Below are positions 20,200-32,406 of a DNA stretch of 64,000 bases, in pieces. The position numbers were made by a program, and so were the translations under genes. The first letter of the stretch is position 1. The number at the start of each line of letters is the position of its first letter. Below the pieces are notes generated by a model that worked only from the letters and a program-made list of their open reading frames with translations, searched no databases and had not been told where the DNA came from. The DNA is from Candidatus Zhuqueibacterota bacterium (GTDB taxonomy: Bacteria > Zhuqueibacterota > Zhuqueibacteria > Thermofontimicrobiales > Thermofontimicrobiaceae), in assembly GCA_049322915.1 (NCBI GenBank), contig JBMOPW010000034.1:648567-712566 (forward strand), given 5' to 3'.

Positions 20200-20412
20200 A
20201 ACGCAGAGGTCGCGAAGGGCGCAGAGAAAAGACCAGCGTTGAATTGGACTGAGTGATTTTAAAATTTTCAATCAACCAATGAAAATCATGTTCACCCATA
20301 GTCACAGAAGACCAGAATAACCAGGAAAATACCTGGTTTCATAAGGTTGCAAACAGCTTTTTTTCAACACCAAAGCGCTGCGGACCTCTGCGGTCTCTGC
20401 GACCTCTGCGTT
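20200..20412. repeat. Inverted CGCAGAG/CTCTGCG nonamer-type repeat pair
   Basis: AACGCAGAGGTCGCGAAGGGCGCAGAG at the left; CTCTGCGGTCTCTGCGACCTCTGCGTT at the right. Confidence 0.6.
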
Positions 20413-20442
20413 AGAAAAGATATGGGTAAGAGTAAGCCTAAT

Positions 20443-20604
20443 TCGTGTCTGTCCGGAAATTGACCCTCTCCTAAAAGGAGAGGTAGAATAGACGTTCCCC
20501 TTCTTGCCAGCAGGGTAAGAAGGATTTAGGGGATGAGGTCTGACGTAATGAAGTTTGAAAATTTCAACCCCATAGCTAATTTCAGTATTTTCGGACAGAC
20601 TCTA
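20443..20604. mobile_element. MITE, copy 1 (internally deleted relative to copy 2)
   Basis: Ends TCGTGTCTGTCCG / CGGACAGACTCTA; body closely similar to 44424-44606. Confidence 0.8.
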
Positions 20605-20644
20605 ATTCGTCACACGCACAATAACTTCAAATTCCGGAGCACGA

Positions 20645-21202
20645 ATGAAACGCCACTTTTCAATTCTGAAACGGGAGTCCACCGGATTGCTCATCATCGA
20701 TATTCAGGAGCGCATCAGCGCCGTGATGAAATACCGCGACATGGTGCTGGAAAATACCGGCAAACTTATCCGCGGGTTCAACGTGTTGAATGTCCCGGTC
20801 TTTATCACAGAGCAATATCGTAAAGGGCTGGGCCCCACAGAGGCGCCTATTTTAGAAATTCTCAATCCTCCCGATATTGTTGATAAAATGACTTTTAGTT
20901 GCTGCGCAACGCCGGCGCTCATGGACCGGCTTCAGCGGAAGAACATCCGGCAGATCGTCGTTTGCGGCATCGAAACCCATGTCTGCGTTCAACAGACCGT
21001 GCTGGACTTATTGGCCGGGGATTTCGGTGTCTACCTTGTCTGCGACGCAGTGTCATCGCGCAAAGAAATGGATCACGAGACTGCCATCAACCGCATGCAG
21101 CAGGCAGGGGCCATCATCACCACCGCTGAATCGGTGCTCTTTGAATTGCTGGTTCAGGCCGGGACTGCGGAGTTCAAACAGATATCGCAGATTGTCAAGT
21201 GA
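20645..21202 (+). CDS. Isochorismatase-family (YcaC-related) hydrolase
   Basis: LLIIDIQER, TEQY..GLGPT, KMTFSC, GIETHVCV.QT. Confidence 0.92.
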   Translation: MKRHFSILKRESTGLLIIDIQERISAVMKYRDMVLENTGKLIRGFNVLNVPVFITEQYRKGLGPTEAPILEILNPPDIVDKMTFSCCATPALMDRLQRKNIRQIVVCGIETHVCVQQTVLDLLAGDFGVYLVCDAVSSRKEMDHETAINRMQQAGAIITTAESVLFELLVQAGTAEFKQISQIVK

Positions 21203-21345
21203 GAGTTTCCGCCTGCCGACCGAATGCATGGGCGTGGATTGGCTCGGACAGGTGAGGCGCTGCACGCGTGATTTAAACTGCAAGTAGTCTGCTTTTTCGC
21301 CCAACCGGGTGAGGGGAATTTTGTTGTCAAACAAAAGGGAAGCGC

Positions 21346-23178
21346 ATGAAAACAACATTTCGAGAACGCCTGGCACAAAACGATGTGTTAGTGTGCGACG
21401 GGGCTATGGGCACCATGCTCTACGACAGAGGAATTTTCATCAACCGATGTTTCGACGAGCTCAACATCACAACTCCCAAAATGGTTCGGGATATCCATCG
21501 GCTGTACGTGGACAGCGGCGCCGACATCATTGAGACCAACACGTTTGGCGCGAACCGGTTCAAATTAGCGCCCCATGGATTGGAGACAAAATTATATAAA
21601 ATAAATTACATCGGCGCGCGCATCGCCAGAGAAATTGCCAGCAATCAGGTACTGGTGGCCGGATCCATCGGGCCATTAGGCCTTTCCATTGAGCCATTAG
21701 GCCCGGTCTCAAGCGCTGACGCGTTCAATGCCTATGTAGAACAAGCGCTGCCGCTGTGCGAAGGCGATGTCGATCTGATCCTGCTTGAAACATTCAGCGA
21801 TGTCGTGATGATTCACATCGCGATTAAAGCGGTGCGCTCGCTCACGGACAAGCCCATCATTGCATCCATGTCATTCACCGAAGGGCAGGAGACGGTGTAC
21901 GGCATGAGTCCGGCCAATGTCGCCCAGGCGCTGGATGCGGAGGACATCGACGTGATCGGTGTGAATTGTAGCACCGGGCCGCAACCAATTCTTGAGGCCA
22001 TTCAGCAGATGATCCCCCATTCGCGGAAGAAATTCTCCGCCATGCCCAATGCCGGAGCGCCTCGAATGATCGATGGCCGATTATTTTACATGTCGTCCCC
22101 TGAATATTTCGCCGAATATGCCAAACGATTCATCCAATCCGGGGTGAGCATAGTCGGTGGCTGCTGCGGTACAACGCCGGACCACATCCGCGCCATCAAA
22201 GCCGCGGTGAAAGCGCTGCAACCGGCGCGCACCGTCGAGCCAGTGATAGTACCAAAAGTCACGCTACCGAAACATGAACACAAAGCGACGCGGCAACTGT
22301 CGCCGTTAGCGCAAAAACTCACCGCGCACAATTTCATTACCTGCATCGAAATGACACCGCCGCGCAGCACCGATGTTTCCAAAGCCATTGCCGGAGCGGA
22401 AATGATCAAGGCCGCTGGCGTCGACGCCGTGAATATTCCCGATGGCCCCCGCGCCAGCGCGCGAATCAGTCCACTGGCGCTGGCCGTACTCATCGAAAAA
22501 CAGGTGGGCATCGATACCATTCTGCATTACACCTGCCGCGATCGAAATATTCTCGGCATGCAGTCCGATCTGCTCGGTGCGGCGGCCCTGGGATTGAAAA
22601 ATATTCTCATCGTGACCGGCGATCCTCCCAAGTTGGGCGATTATCCCACAGCCACAGCGGTATTCAATGTCGATTCCATCGGGCTGATGCACATCGCCAA
22701 TAATTTGAACCAGAGCCTCGATATTGTCGGCAACCCATTGGGCGCTGGCACATCGTTTTACCTGGGCGTGGGGGCCAATCCCGGCGCGATCAATTATAAA
22801 GAGGAAATGGATCGACTGCGCCAGAAAGTCGAAGCCGGAGCTGAGTTTGTATTGACCCAGCCGATTTTTGACCACGATAAATTTCTTCAATTTCTTGATG
22901 ATGCGGCTGTTCATGGCATTCCCATTGTCGGAGGCATTTTGCCATTGGCCAGCTTCCGCAACGCCGAGTTCCTGCATAACGAGGTTCCGGGAATGTCCAT
23001 TCCGCTGAACCTGCGCTCGCGAATGCAGAACGCCAAAGACAGTGATGACGCCAGGAATATCGGTATTGAAATTGCCCGGGAAATGCTATTGCAAATAAAG
23101 GACCTGGTGCGAGGCGTCTATCTCATGCCTCCTTTTGGCAGATACGATACGGCGCTCAAGGTGCTGGAAGTGCTGTGA
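21346..23178 (+). CDS. yitJ: Bifunctional homocysteine S-methyltransferase / methylenetetrahydrofolate reductase (YitJ-like)
   Basis: [18 protein letters not shown] and GGCCGT (Zn ligands), then MTHFR motifs [22 protein letters not shown]. Confidence 0.92.
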   Translation: MKTTFRERLAQNDVLVCDGAMGTMLYDRGIFINRCFDELNITTPKMVRDIHRLYVDSGADIIETNTFGANRFKLAPHGLETKLYKINYIGARIAREIASNQVLVAGSIGPLGLSIEPLGPVSSADAFNAYVEQALPLCEGDVDLILLETFSDVVMIHIAIKAVRSLTDKPIIASMSFTEGQETVYGMSPANVAQALDAEDIDVIGVNCSTGPQPILEAIQQMIPHSRKKFSAMPNAGAPRMIDGRLFYMSSPEYFAEYAKRFIQSGVSIVGGCCGTTPDHIRAIKAAVKALQPARTVEPVIVPKVTLPKHEHKATRQLSPLAQKLTAHNFITCIEMTPPRSTDVSKAIAGAEMIKAAGVDAVNIPDGPRASARISPLALAVLIEKQVGIDTILHYTCRDRNILGMQSDLLGAAALGLKNILIVTGDPPKLGDYPTATAVFNVDSIGLMHIANNLNQSLDIVGNPLGAGTSFYLGVGANPGAINYKEEMDRLRQKVEAGAEFVLTQPIFDHDKFLQFLDDAAVHGIPIVGGILPLASFRNAEFLHNEVPGMSIPLNLRSRMQNAKDSDDARNIGIEIAREMLLQIKDLVRGVYLMPPFGRYDTALKVLEVL

Positions 23179-23433
23179 CAGGGCAAGGTTTTTGCCCACA
23201 CGAGCAGTGCATTGGAAGTGTCGAAAAGGGCATGCGGCTGCGCTCCGTTCGGACAGACTGGCCCGCATCAGCCGTACGGCGGAAATGTGGACACCGATAT
23301 GACATTCGATCCCCGGCTTTATTTTGTCGTGGGCGTCGCGCTTTGATTTATTGACGCTTCGTGAGTACATGCGGTGTTAGCGAACGCGTCCAGCATCTTT
23401 TTTTTCGGCTGGCCATTGAAAGAGCCTGAAATT

Positions 23434-23468
23434 AAAAAAGCCCGAAACTGTACGTTTCGAGCTTTTTC
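23434..23468. terminator. Bidirectional terminator between yitJ and clpC
   Basis: AAAAAAGCCCGAAAC-tgtac-GTTTCGAGCTTTTT between convergent genes. Confidence 0.75.
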
Positions 23469-23517
23469 ATTTTTATGAAGATCACTGTTTATCAATTGAC
23501 GAGCGAATATTTTTCAA

Positions 23518-25992
23518 TCAGATTTCGAGACCATTGGTCGTGTCGTCTTCCTCATCAACCGAGTGCGCCTGCTTCTGATGCTCTGAGAAGACCAGGGCGT
23601 CGCCTTTCTTCTTGACCTGAATTCGGCTGCCGTCCGAAAAGTTGCCTTTCAGGATTTCCTCGGCAATGGGGTCTTCCACATATCGTTGAATGGTTCGCTT
23701 CAGCGGTCGCGCGCCGAACACCGGATCAAAACCTTTGTCAGCGATGAACTCTCTGGCGCCTTTGGTCAAATTGATTTGAATATCGCGTTCCGCAACTTTG
23801 GCCAGCATTTCATCAATGACAATGTCCACTATCTTGACCATATCTTCCCGATTCAAATGGCGGAATACAACCACTTCATCGACGCGATTGAGGAATTCCG
23901 GGTTGAACAATTTCTTCACTTCATCCAGGATGCGATTTTTCATGGAATTGTAATCGCTCTGTTCATCACCTTTGGAAAAACCAATACCGCCGCCGTGTTT
24001 TATCTGGCGGGCGCCGAGATTGGACGTCAAAATCAGGATGGTGTTTTTGAAATCGATTTTACGACCGAGACTATCGGTCACGCGGCCTTCATCTAAAATC
24101 TGAAGCAGAATGTTGAACACATCCGGATGGGCTTTTTCGATCTCATCGAACAGCACGACGGAATAGGGATGGCGCCGGACTTTCTCGGTCAATTGTCCGC
24201 CTTCCTCGTACCCCACATATCCTGGAGGCGCACCGATCAACCGTGACACCGCGAATTTTTCCATGTATTCCGACATATCAATTCGGATGAGCGAATCCTG
24301 ATCTTCGAACAAATAGTTTGCCAGTTCTTTGGCCAACTGCGTTTTACCGACGCCGGTTGGTCCCAGGAAGATGAAGGAACCGATGGGTCGATTGGGATCT
24401 TTCAATCCGGCGCGCGTGCGGTGAATCGCCTTGGACAGCATATTGATGACTATCTCCTGTCCGATGATCCGCTTTTTCAGTTCCTCTTCCATGCCCAGCA
24501 ATTTTTCGGATTCGGACTGAGCCACCTTTTTCACCGGGATGCTCGTCATCATGGAGACAACTTCAGCGATGTCCGCCTCTCTCACCGTGGCGACATTATG
24601 AACTTCCGTCTCCTGCCAGCGCTTTTTCGCCGCTTCCAGGCGACGCGCCAACTTTTTCTCCTGATCCCGAAAAATGGCCGCCTGCTCAAATTCCTGAGCC
24701 TTGATCACCGAGTCTTTTTTCTCGCGGATGCTTTTTATCTTTTCTTCAAGCTGCAAAATCTCTTCTGGCACAACAATGTTTGCCAGATGCACCATGGCGC
24801 CGGTTTCGTCCAGGACATCAATGGCCTTGTCCGGCAAATATTTATCAGTGATATATCGCTCGGACAGCTTTACCGCCGCATTGATCGCCGCCTGATCGAA
24901 AATCACCTGATGATGCTCTTCGTAGCGCTGCTTCAGACCATCGAGGATGCGAATGGTTTCATCGGCTGAAGGTGGGTCGACCATGATTTTCTGGAATCGA
25001 CGCTCCAGTGCTCCGTCCTTTTCAATGTACTGACGGAACTCATCCAGCGTGGTTGCGCCAATGCACTGCAACTCCCCGCGGGCCAGCGCCGGCTTGAACA
25101 TATTGGACGCATCCAGCGAACCGGACGCGCCGCCAGCCCCGACGATGGTGTGCAATTCATCAATGAACAGGATGACGTCCTTCACGCGCACCAGTTCGTT
25201 CATGATAGCCTTCATCCGTTCTTCAAATTGGCCGCGGTATTTTGTCCCGGCCACAATCGCGCCGAGATCCAGCGTGACCACCCGCTTGTTGTGCAACACG
25301 CGGGGCACCTGTTTGGCGATGATGCGCAGGGCCAGACCTTCGGCAATGGCTGTTTTACCCACACCGGGCTCGCCGATGAGCACAGGATTATTCTTCTTGC
25401 GACGGCTCAGAATTTGCGCCACCCGTTGAATTTCCTCGTCGCGGCCAATGATGGGATCAAGCTCATCCTTTCGAGCCAGTTCCGTCAGGTCGCGGCCGAA
25501 ATGATCCAGCGCCGGCGTTTTGGATCGCTTTTGCCCACCCTCTTTGATGGTCGGCGTGCCGCGCAGAATATTTTCCAGTTCCTCGCGGATGATATCATAC
25601 GTCACATCGAAGGACAGCAGTACCTGCGCCGCAACTCCCTCGCGTTCTTTGACCAGCGCCAGCAACAGATGCTCTGTTCCGGTCACATCCGATTTATATT
25701 TTTCAGCTTCCATGTAGGCCATTTTCAAAATCTTCTCTGCGCGTTTGGTCAATGGAATATCGCCTATAGTCATGGTATCGCCGGTAGTTTTAATGGCATC
25801 TTCAACCGCCTTCTTTATCTCATCCAGATCGCAGCCGAGATTTCTCAAAATTTCGATAGCAATACCCTCGCCCTCTCGCAGCAAGCCTAATAGCAGGTGT
25901 TCGGTGCCAATATAGTCATGCCCCAATCGTAACGCCTCTTCCCGTGAATATTGGATCACTATTTGAACACGACTTGAAAAATTTTTTTTCAT
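23518..25992 (-). CDS. clpC: ATP-dependent Clp protease ATP-binding subunit ClpC
   Basis: Two Clp-N repeats (GTEHLLL), [11 protein letters not shown] coil, [11 protein letters not shown] loop (GGIGF), FGARPL. Confidence 0.96.
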   Translation of the reverse strand: MKKNFSSRVQIVIQYSREEALRLGHDYIGTEHLLLGLLREGEGIAIEILRNLGCDLDEIKKAVEDAIKTTGDTMTIGDIPLTKRAEKILKMAYMEAEKYKSDVTGTEHLLLALVKEREGVAAQVLLSFDVTYDIIREELENILRGTPTIKEGGQKRSKTPALDHFGRDLTELARKDELDPIIGRDEEIQRVAQILSRRKKNNPVLIGEPGVGKTAIAEGLALRIIAKQVPRVLHNKRVVTLDLGAIVAGTKYRGQFEERMKAIMNELVRVKDVILFIDELHTIVGAGGASGSLDASNMFKPALARGELQCIGATTLDEFRQYIEKDGALERRFQKIMVDPPSADETIRILDGLKQRYEEHHQVIFDQAAINAAVKLSERYITDKYLPDKAIDVLDETGAMVHLANIVVPEEILQLEEKIKSIREKKDSVIKAQEFEQAAIFRDQEKKLARRLEAAKKRWQETEVHNVATVREADIAEVVSMMTSIPVKKVAQSESEKLLGMEEELKKRIIGQEIVINMLSKAIHRTRAGLKDPNRPIGSFIFLGPTGVGKTQLAKELANYLFEDQDSLIRIDMSEYMEKFAVSRLIGAPPGYVGYEEGGQLTEKVRRHPYSVVLFDEIEKAHPDVFNILLQILDEGRVTDSLGRKIDFKNTILILTSNLGARQIKHGGGIGFSKGDEQSDYNSMKNRILDEVKKLFNPEFLNRVDEVVVFRHLNREDMVKIVDIVIDEMLAKVAERDIQINLTKGAREFIADKGFDPVFGARPLKRTIQRYVEDPIAEEILKGNFSDGSRIQVKKKGDALVFSEHQKQAHSVDEEDDTTNGLEI

Positions 25993-26322
25993 TACTGTTT
26001 TCTCCCTAAAGGCTATGTATAAAAAAATTCATACCCTTATACCCAATTATTTGCTCGAATTAAACATACTAAAATATTTCTTAAAATTCAACCTCTTTCT
26101 TACTAATTTTCGTATGCCAGACCTATGTGAATTTTAAGTTCTCCGCCTGAAATCGGTTGTCTCTTTCCCGCCTCGCCGGCGGACTGACTTCTGAGGTACT
26201 TCTTCATTTTGAATTTACATTCGAAGAATAGATATATCTTTTATTATCGGAAAAATGGTCATCAAATGAAGTGATTTTTCTGAAAATCATTTAAAAAAAA
26301 CCAGCATGCCCCGGAACTACGC

Positions 26323-27036
26323 TCAATCTTCAGATGCCATGCTATTCCGCCGATTGCTTTTCACGCGGCCATCGAATAGTTCAATGACCCGATGCGCCTG
26401 TTCGGCCAATTCGTGATTGTGCGTCACAATGACCAGCGTCTGATTGAACTCACGATTCAATTTCCAGAAAAGCTGGTGCAGCGATTCAGCCGATTGCCGA
26501 TCCAGGTTGCCCGATGGCTCATCCGCCAGAATCAGTTTGGGGGAATTGATGAGCGAGCGCGCTACGGCCACGCGCTGTTGCTCGCCGCCGGAGAGCTCAT
26601 TGGGACGGTGATCCAGGCGATCGGCCAGATTGACATGGCCCAACAACTCTATGGCCCTGGTTCGAACCTGATCGAGATTCTGCCCGGCCATCATCCCGGG
26701 AATCATCACATTTTCCAACGCTGAAAACTCAGGCAGAAGATGATGGAATTGGAAAACGAATCCCACAGTCTTGTTTCGGAATTCCGCCAGTCGCTTGTCA
26801 CTGAACGAAAAAATATCGGTGCTATCCACTTCCACGCGGCCGCTGGTCGGACGGTCCAACACGCCCAGAATATGCAGCAGCGTACTTTTGCCCACCCCGG
26901 AAGGTCCCATGACGGCAATAATTTCACCTTCGAAAATTTCCAGATCAATGCCTTTCAGTACCGGGACGACCGCTTTTCCGAGATAATAGTTTTTGTAAAG
27001 ATTGTCCGTCAGGACTAAAATTTTATTATTGACCAT
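26323..27036 (-). CDS. lolD: Lipoprotein-releasing ABC transporter ATP-binding protein
   Basis: GPSGVGKS, FQFHHLLPEF, LSGGEQQRVA, ADEP; directly downstream of lolC/E. Confidence 0.9.
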   Translation of the reverse strand: MVNNKILVLTDNLYKNYYLGKAVVPVLKGIDLEIFEGEIIAVMGPSGVGKSTLLHILGVLDRPTSGRVEVDSTDIFSFSDKRLAEFRNKTVGFVFQFHHLLPEFSALENVMIPGMMAGQNLDQVRTRAIELLGHVNLADRLDHRPNELSGGEQQRVAVARSLINSPKLILADEPSGNLDRQSAESLHQLFWKLNREFNQTLVIVTHNHELAEQAHRVIELFDGRVKSNRRNSMASED

Positions 27037-27041
27037 GTGTC

Positions 27042-28289
27042 TCACTCGTATCGAATCGCCTGGACCGGATCCAGTTTGGACGCCTTCCAGGACGGATAAA
27101 TTGTGGCGATAAAACAGAGCGCAATGCCGGCTAATCCGATGAAAACGAAGTCCAGGACTTTCATCTCGACCGGCAATGAATTAATGAAATAAATATCCGA
27201 CGGCAGTGAAAACCACTTATAATGCAACTGGGACCAGCACAAAATGTAGCCCAAGGTGCATCCCACCGCTGTGCCGGTCACTCCCGAGATTAAGCCCTGA
27301 TAGACGAAAATTTTCATTACGGACTCGGACGAGGCGCCCATGGATTTCAAAATGCCGATCTCCTTCTTCTTCTCCAACACCACCATGATGAGGGTGCTGA
27401 CGATGTTAAATGCGGCGACCATGATGATGAGGCTCAGGATGATGAACGCCGCCCATTTTTCGATTTGCATCCATGAGAAAAGATTTTTATTTCGTTCATA
27501 CCAGGTCTCGGCCATGTAGGGATAACCGAAATGATCGCCCATTTCCGACGCAACCCGGGAGACCAGTTCAAGATTCATCTGATCCAGCATAATTTCCACG
27601 CCGGAAATCCGATCGCCCATACGGAATAAATTCTGCGCCGCTTCGATGGAGATATAACCAAAATTACTATCGTAGTCGTACAACCCGGTCTCGAACATGC
27701 CGGTCACAATGAAATGCTTCACATACGGCTGCTGCGGGATGAGAAAATTGCTTATGTTCGTGAAGCTGGCAATCCAGATTTTATCGTACAGTTGCACGTC
27801 CAGACGAAGCGCCAGATTGCGGCCCAGCACAATGCCAGGCACTGGTTTCCCGCCATCCACCTGAACCGAGTCCAGGTTCAATTCGCCCATGACGATATTG
27901 GTGGTCAGGTCTGAGACGTCGACGACGGTCTTCGAATCCACGCCCTTGATGAGCACAGCATCGGAGAATTCGCCATTCACAATCATGCCTTTGTTGAAAA
28001 TATAGGGTGACGTGGCAATGACGTGATCAAATTTCCTGAGCTGCTCGATGGTATCCTGATAATTTTCCAGGCCGCGATTGTGAAAGCTCCGGAATCGCAG
28101 ATGCGAGTCAAAGCCGATGATGCGCGACCGCACTTCCGTTTCAAAGCCATTCATCACAGAAAGGACAATGATGAGCGCCGCCACTCCGATGACGACGCCG
28201 GCAATGGAGAAATAATTGATCAGCGAGATAAAACCGGTGCGTCGTTTCGAGTGGAAGTAGCGTTTGGCAATAAATAATTCGTAGGACAT
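27042..28289 (-). CDS. lolE: Lipoprotein-releasing ABC transporter permease LolC/E
   Basis: YELFIAKRY, GVAALIIVLSVMNGF, VAAFNI, EIGILKSMGA, ATIYPS. Confidence 0.9.
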   Translation of the reverse strand: MSYELFIAKRYFHSKRRTGFISLINYFSIAGVVIGVAALIIVLSVMNGFETEVRSRIIGFDSHLRFRSFHNRGLENYQDTIEQLRKFDHVIATSPYIFNKGMIVNGEFSDAVLIKGVDSKTVVDVSDLTTNIVMGELNLDSVQVDGGKPVPGIVLGRNLALRLDVQLYDKIWIASFTNISNFLIPQQPYVKHFIVTGMFETGLYDYDSNFGYISIEAAQNLFRMGDRISGVEIMLDQMNLELVSRVASEMGDHFGYPYMAETWYERNKNLFSWMQIEKWAAFIILSLIIMVAAFNIVSTLIMVVLEKKKEIGILKSMGASSESVMKIFVYQGLISGVTGTAVGCTLGYILCWSQLHYKWFSLPSDIYFINSLPVEMKVLDFVFIGLAGIALCFIATIYPSWKASKLDPVQAIRYE

Positions 28290-28483
28290 TTACATTCGCC
28301 TTCTTGGCTTAATCGATGTATGGTGTCGCCTGACTGTTTGAGCTGTTCATCCCCAATTCCCATGGCAGCGTCGTCATGCCCCGGTACGTCCGGACATCGT
28401 GCAATCTAAGTCCATCCAATCCGCAGACAGGGGGACGATCAAAGGAAAATCGCATGCTCGTGAAGATGCATTGCGCTCCGGCG

Positions 28484-29986
28484 CTATTCCACCCGTGCTT
28501 TTTCCGGCCGCATGTGCGGGAAGAAAATCACATCCCGGATGGATGGCGAATTGGTCAAAATCATGGTCAACCGGTCGATGCCGATGCCCAGTCCGCCGGT
28601 GGGAGGCATGCCGTATTCCAGGGCGCGGACGTAATCTTCGTCCATTTGATGCGCCTCTTCGTCCCCGGAATCGCGGTATTCCCGCTGCTGTTCGAATCGC
28701 TGTCGCTGGTCGATGGGGTCATTCAGTTCTGAAAATGCATTACAAAATTCTTTCCCGGCAAAAAAGCCTTCGAATCGCTCCACAACGCCTGGCTCGGACC
28801 GATGTTTTTTAGCCAGCGGAGAGAGCTCCAGCGGATAATCGATGACATAGGTCGGTTGAATCAAATTTGGCTCGACCTTCTCGCTGAAAATTTCATCGAT
28901 GATTTTGCCGACATCGGCGCCCTTTTCAATGGGCACATTCAGTTGAGCGGCGATGGCCATCAGCTCCTGTTTGCTCTTGCCGAAGAGTTCAAATCCGGTG
29001 TATTCCCGGAGCAGGTCAGCCATTTTCTTGCGCGGCCACGGTGGAGTGAAATCAATTTCATGTTCCTGATAAACGATTTTTTGGGAGCCTGCTACTGCGG
29101 CTACAGTCGCGCTGATCATCTGCTCCACCAGATCCATGATGAAATAATAATCCTGGTACGCCACGTAGAGTTCCAGCATAGTGAATTCCGGATTGTGAAA
29201 ACGGTCGATCCCCTCATTGCGAAAATCTTTGCCAAATTCAAACACCCCATCGAACCCACCGACGATCAATCGTTTCAAATATAACTCGTCAGCGATTCTC
29301 AAATACAAATCTATATCCAGCGCGTTGTGATGCGTGATGAACGGCCGCGCCGACGCACCGCCGTAAAGCGGTTGCAGGATGGGCGTTTCCACTTCAATGT
29401 AGCCTTTATCTTCCAGAAACCGGCGCATGGTTCGGATGATCACCGAGCGTTTGATGAACACATCTTTCACATCCTTGTTGACAATTAAATCCACGTACCG
29501 CTGTCGATAGCGCATCTCTTTATCGGCAAATTCGTCGTAGATCGTCTTTTCACCCTCTTCAATTTTCTCTTTGACAATGGGGAGAGTCCGCAGCGACTTG
29601 GCCAGCAAATGCAACTCTTTCGCCAGCACTGTGATTTCCTGTGTGTGAGTTTTGAACACTTCGCCTGCCACGCCGACAATATCGCCGATATCCACCAGCT
29701 TGAACACCTCGTACATCCTGTCCCCGACCTGATCCTGGCGAATGTACAATTGAATGCGGCCGCTGCCATCCATGATGTGACAGAACGCAGCCTTGCCGTG
29801 CCGGCGCAAAGCCATGATTCGTCCGGCAACGCGCACCGGTTTATTTTCATAATTCGAAAAGTCATCGACGATTGGCTGTGCAAAATGGGTTCGATTGAAA
29901 TTATAGGCGTATGGCTCGATCCCTAACTCTTTGAGCACGGGTATTTTATCATATCGTATTTTCTGAATATCGGTCAATTCTTCCAC
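28484..29986 (-). CDS. lysS: Lysine--tRNA ligase (class II)
   Basis: OB fold [45 protein letters not shown]; start is either GTG 29986 or ATG 29992. Confidence 0.97.
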   Translation of the reverse strand: MEELTDIQKIRYDKIPVLKELGIEPYAYNFNRTHFAQPIVDDFSNYENKPVRVAGRIMALRRHGKAAFCHIMDGSGRIQLYIRQDQVGDRMYEVFKLVDIGDIVGVAGEVFKTHTQEITVLAKELHLLAKSLRTLPIVKEKIEEGEKTIYDEFADKEMRYRQRYVDLIVNKDVKDVFIKRSVIIRTMRRFLEDKGYIEVETPILQPLYGGASARPFITHHNALDIDLYLRIADELYLKRLIVGGFDGVFEFGKDFRNEGIDRFHNPEFTMLELYVAYQDYYFIMDLVEQMISATVAAVAGSQKIVYQEHEIDFTPPWPRKKMADLLREYTGFELFGKSKQELMAIAAQLNVPIEKGADVGKIIDEIFSEKVEPNLIQPTYVIDYPLELSPLAKKHRSEPGVVERFEGFFAGKEFCNAFSELNDPIDQRQRFEQQREYRDSGDEEAHQMDEDYVRALEYGMPPTGGLGIGIDRLTMILTNSPSIRDVIFFPHMRPEKARVE

Positions 29987-30000
29987 GTACATTCTCCGTT

Positions 30001-31110
30001 CTAATTGATGTAAACTCTCGGTACCCGACTGGAAACCCAGCACGTCACTTCGTACGGAATGGTTCCAGTGATATTACAAATTTCATTGACTGTAAACGCA
30101 TGGTCTTCAGTTCGCCCGAACAGGATGACCTCGTCGCCAATCTCCACCACGTCGTTCAGGCCGACATCGACTAAAATCAAATCCATACACACGCGGCCGA
30201 CGACAGGAAATTGCTTGCCGCGAATGGTGACGCGCCCTTTGTTGGTCAGCAGCCGATTATAGCCATCGGCGTAACCGACTGGGATGGTCGCGATGCGCGT
30301 CTCCTGGCGGGCAATGAATTTTCGGCCGTAACTGACACTGGCGCCGGCCGGAATGATTTTCACATGAATGACCGCGGATTTGAACGTCATCGCCGGCTTC
30401 AGGTCGATGCTCTCCGTTGTTTCATTGGAGGGATAATAGCCGTACATCATCACCCCGGGCCGCACCATGTCCAGATAAGTCTCCGGCAAATCGAGAATGG
30501 CGCCGCTATTGGCCGCATGTTTCAGCGGGATGCGGATATTCATCTCCTCGGTTTCAGCAATGACGCGCTTGAAGCGATCGAACTGCAGATTGGCGTAACT
30601 CTTGTCGCGTTCATCCGATGTCGCAAAATGGGTGTAAAGCCCTTTGATGACCACTCCCTTCAATCCATTGACATACCCGATGAATTCAATTGTCTCGTCC
30701 AGGGCAATTCCAACACGCCCCATTCCTGTATCCACTTTGATGTGGACTGAAATCGGCGCCTGAAATTGTTCGGATAATTGAGATAATCCGAGGGCTATTT
30801 CTTTTGTGTAAATTGTAGGTTCCAGATTGAAGGCGAAATAGTCGCGCAACTGAGATGTGACTGCACCGCCAAACACAAGGATCGGCGCTTCGATCCCCTT
30901 ACTCCGAAGCTCCATCCCTTCTTCCAGCAGCGCGACTCCCAGATAGGTGGCGCCGTGGGCCAGAGCCGTGCGCGTCACCGGAATCACTCCGTGGCCGTAG
31001 GCGTTGGCTTTCACCACCGCCATCACCTGAGCCGGAAAAACTCTTTTTACAACAGCATCTATATTGTGCGCAATAGCAGATAAATCGATCTCCGCAAAAG
31101 TCGGGCGCAA
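30001..31110 (-). CDS. alr: Alanine racemase
   Basis: [48 protein letters not shown] start with GGAGG RBS. Confidence 0.97.
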   Translation of the reverse strand: MRPTFAEIDLSAIAHNIDAVVKRVFPAQVMAVVKANAYGHGVIPVTRTALAHGATYLGVALLEEGMELRSKGIEAPILVFGGAVTSQLRDYFAFNLEPTIYTKEIALGLSQLSEQFQAPISVHIKVDTGMGRVGIALDETIEFIGYVNGLKGVVIKGLYTHFATSDERDKSYANLQFDRFKRVIAETEEMNIRIPLKHAANSGAILDLPETYLDMVRPGVMMYGYYPSNETTESIDLKPAMTFKSAVIHVKIIPAGASVSYGRKFIARQETRIATIPVGYADGYNRLLTNKGRVTIRGKQFPVVGRVCMDLILVDVGLNDVVEIGDEVILFGRTEDHAFTVNEICNITGTIPYEVTCWVSSRVPRVYIN

Positions 31111-31302
31111 ATTCCCTCCGAAAAATTACTCGTCAACTCTCTTCAACAACTCCTTGTACGTGACCAGACTGTCTCCCACGACATCCGGCGCAATGGTTGG
31201 CTGGCATTGCATGGGCTCATTGGATTTTCTCTGGCGCCCTGGAGCAATAGCGTCATGAAGCTGGCCGAATGCTCGCTGCGCTTGAATTTCATGCGGCCCC
31301 GG

Positions 31303-32395
31303 TCAGTTCATTTTCAAATAAGCCTGGATGAAGGCATCGAGATTCCCATCCATCACATCCTGGATGTTGCTGGTTTCTTCTTTGGTGCGATGATCTTTCA
31401 CCAAATTGTAGGGATGAAATACATAAGACCGAATCTGGCTGCCCCAGGCGATTTCCTTCTTCGTCTTCTCCAGTTCCGCCAATTTCTTCTCTTCCTCTTC
31501 GCGCTGCTTTTGGTACAGCCGGGAGAGCAATATTTTCATGGCGTTTTCGCGATTCATGTGCTGGGATCGTTCCGATTGGCACTGAACCACGATCCCGGTC
31601 GGCAGATGCGTAATTCTCACAGCGGAACTGGTCTTGTTCACGTGCTGCCCGCCGGCGCCGCTGGCGCGATAGGTGTCCACTCTCAGATCCGATGAATTCA
31701 CGACTATTTCACTATTATTCTGGACTTCGGGATAAACGAACACCGAGGCAAACGATGTGTGGCGTCTGCTATTCGCATCAAAGGGCGAAATGCGAACTAA
31801 CCGATGGACGCCAATTTCTGACTTGAGATAGCCGTAGGCATATTCACCGGTCACTTCAATGGTAACATTCTTTATTCCGGCCTCTTCCCCGGCCTGCGAA
31901 TCAAGGATTTCAGCGTGATAGCCTTCCCGCTCTATCCAGCGCAGATACATTCGCATGAGCATTTGCGCCCAATCCTGGCTCTCGGTTCCGCCGGCGCCAG
32001 GATGAATCGTCAGGATGGCATTTAAATGGTCGTCCGGATCGCTCAGCCTGTTTTGAAACTCGACCGCTTCAATTTCTTTGGTGAGCGCATTCAATTCGAT
32101 CCGAACTTCGTCTTCGAATTGACTATCCGCTTCTGCTTCCGATAACTCCACCATCTCTTCAAGATACGACATTTTACCGGACAGCTTTTGCCATTTTTCA
32201 ATGCTGGTCTTTCGAACATTGATGTTGCGCATCACCTCTTCTGCTCGTTCCCGATCGTTCCAGAAATTCGGGTTGAGCGTCACCTTTTCATACTCGCTAA
32301 TTTCCAGTGTCTTCTTATCTATCTCAAAGATAACCTCGTAGTTCTTCGATTCTCGGATTGAGCGCTTTCAATTCATCTTTTATATCCTGTAGCAT
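31303..32395 (-). CDS. prfB: Peptide chain release factor 2 (programmed +1 frameshift)
   Basis: ATG 32395 gives MLQDIKDELKALNPRIEELRGYL, ending CTT TGA; the +1 frame continues into ORF 31303-32283 with SPF, GGQ and WGSQIRSY. Confidence 0.96.
32323..32337 (-). other. prfB programmed ribosomal frameshift site
   Basis: GAGGT TAT CTT TGA G: internal SD-like GAGGT, slippery CTT-T and UGA. Confidence 0.9.
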
Positions 32396-32406
32396 GACAT
32401 GGTCCT

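Noticed and set aside
19811..20644. CRISPR array in the repeat-rich spacer
   Set aside because: Repeats are inverted and heterogeneous, not regularly spaced direct repeats; no cas genes in the window
20533..20823. ORF MRSDVMKFENFNPIAN..., and its look-alike at 44535-45311 (MRSDGMKFENINPIAN...)
   Set aside because: The shared N-termini come from the two MITE copies; the remainders overlap real genes out of frame or antisense
21203..21345. SAM riboswitch upstream of yitJ
   Set aside because: No SAM-I core (ATC.AGAG...GGCAACC...GGTGC) visible; an Rfam scan would be decisive
31126..31292. Small ORFs between prfB and alr
   Set aside because: No convincing RBS or family resemblance
31303..32283. 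prfB as a truncated gene or pseudogene
   Set aside because: The missing N-terminus is supplied by the programmed +1 frameshift from ATG 32395
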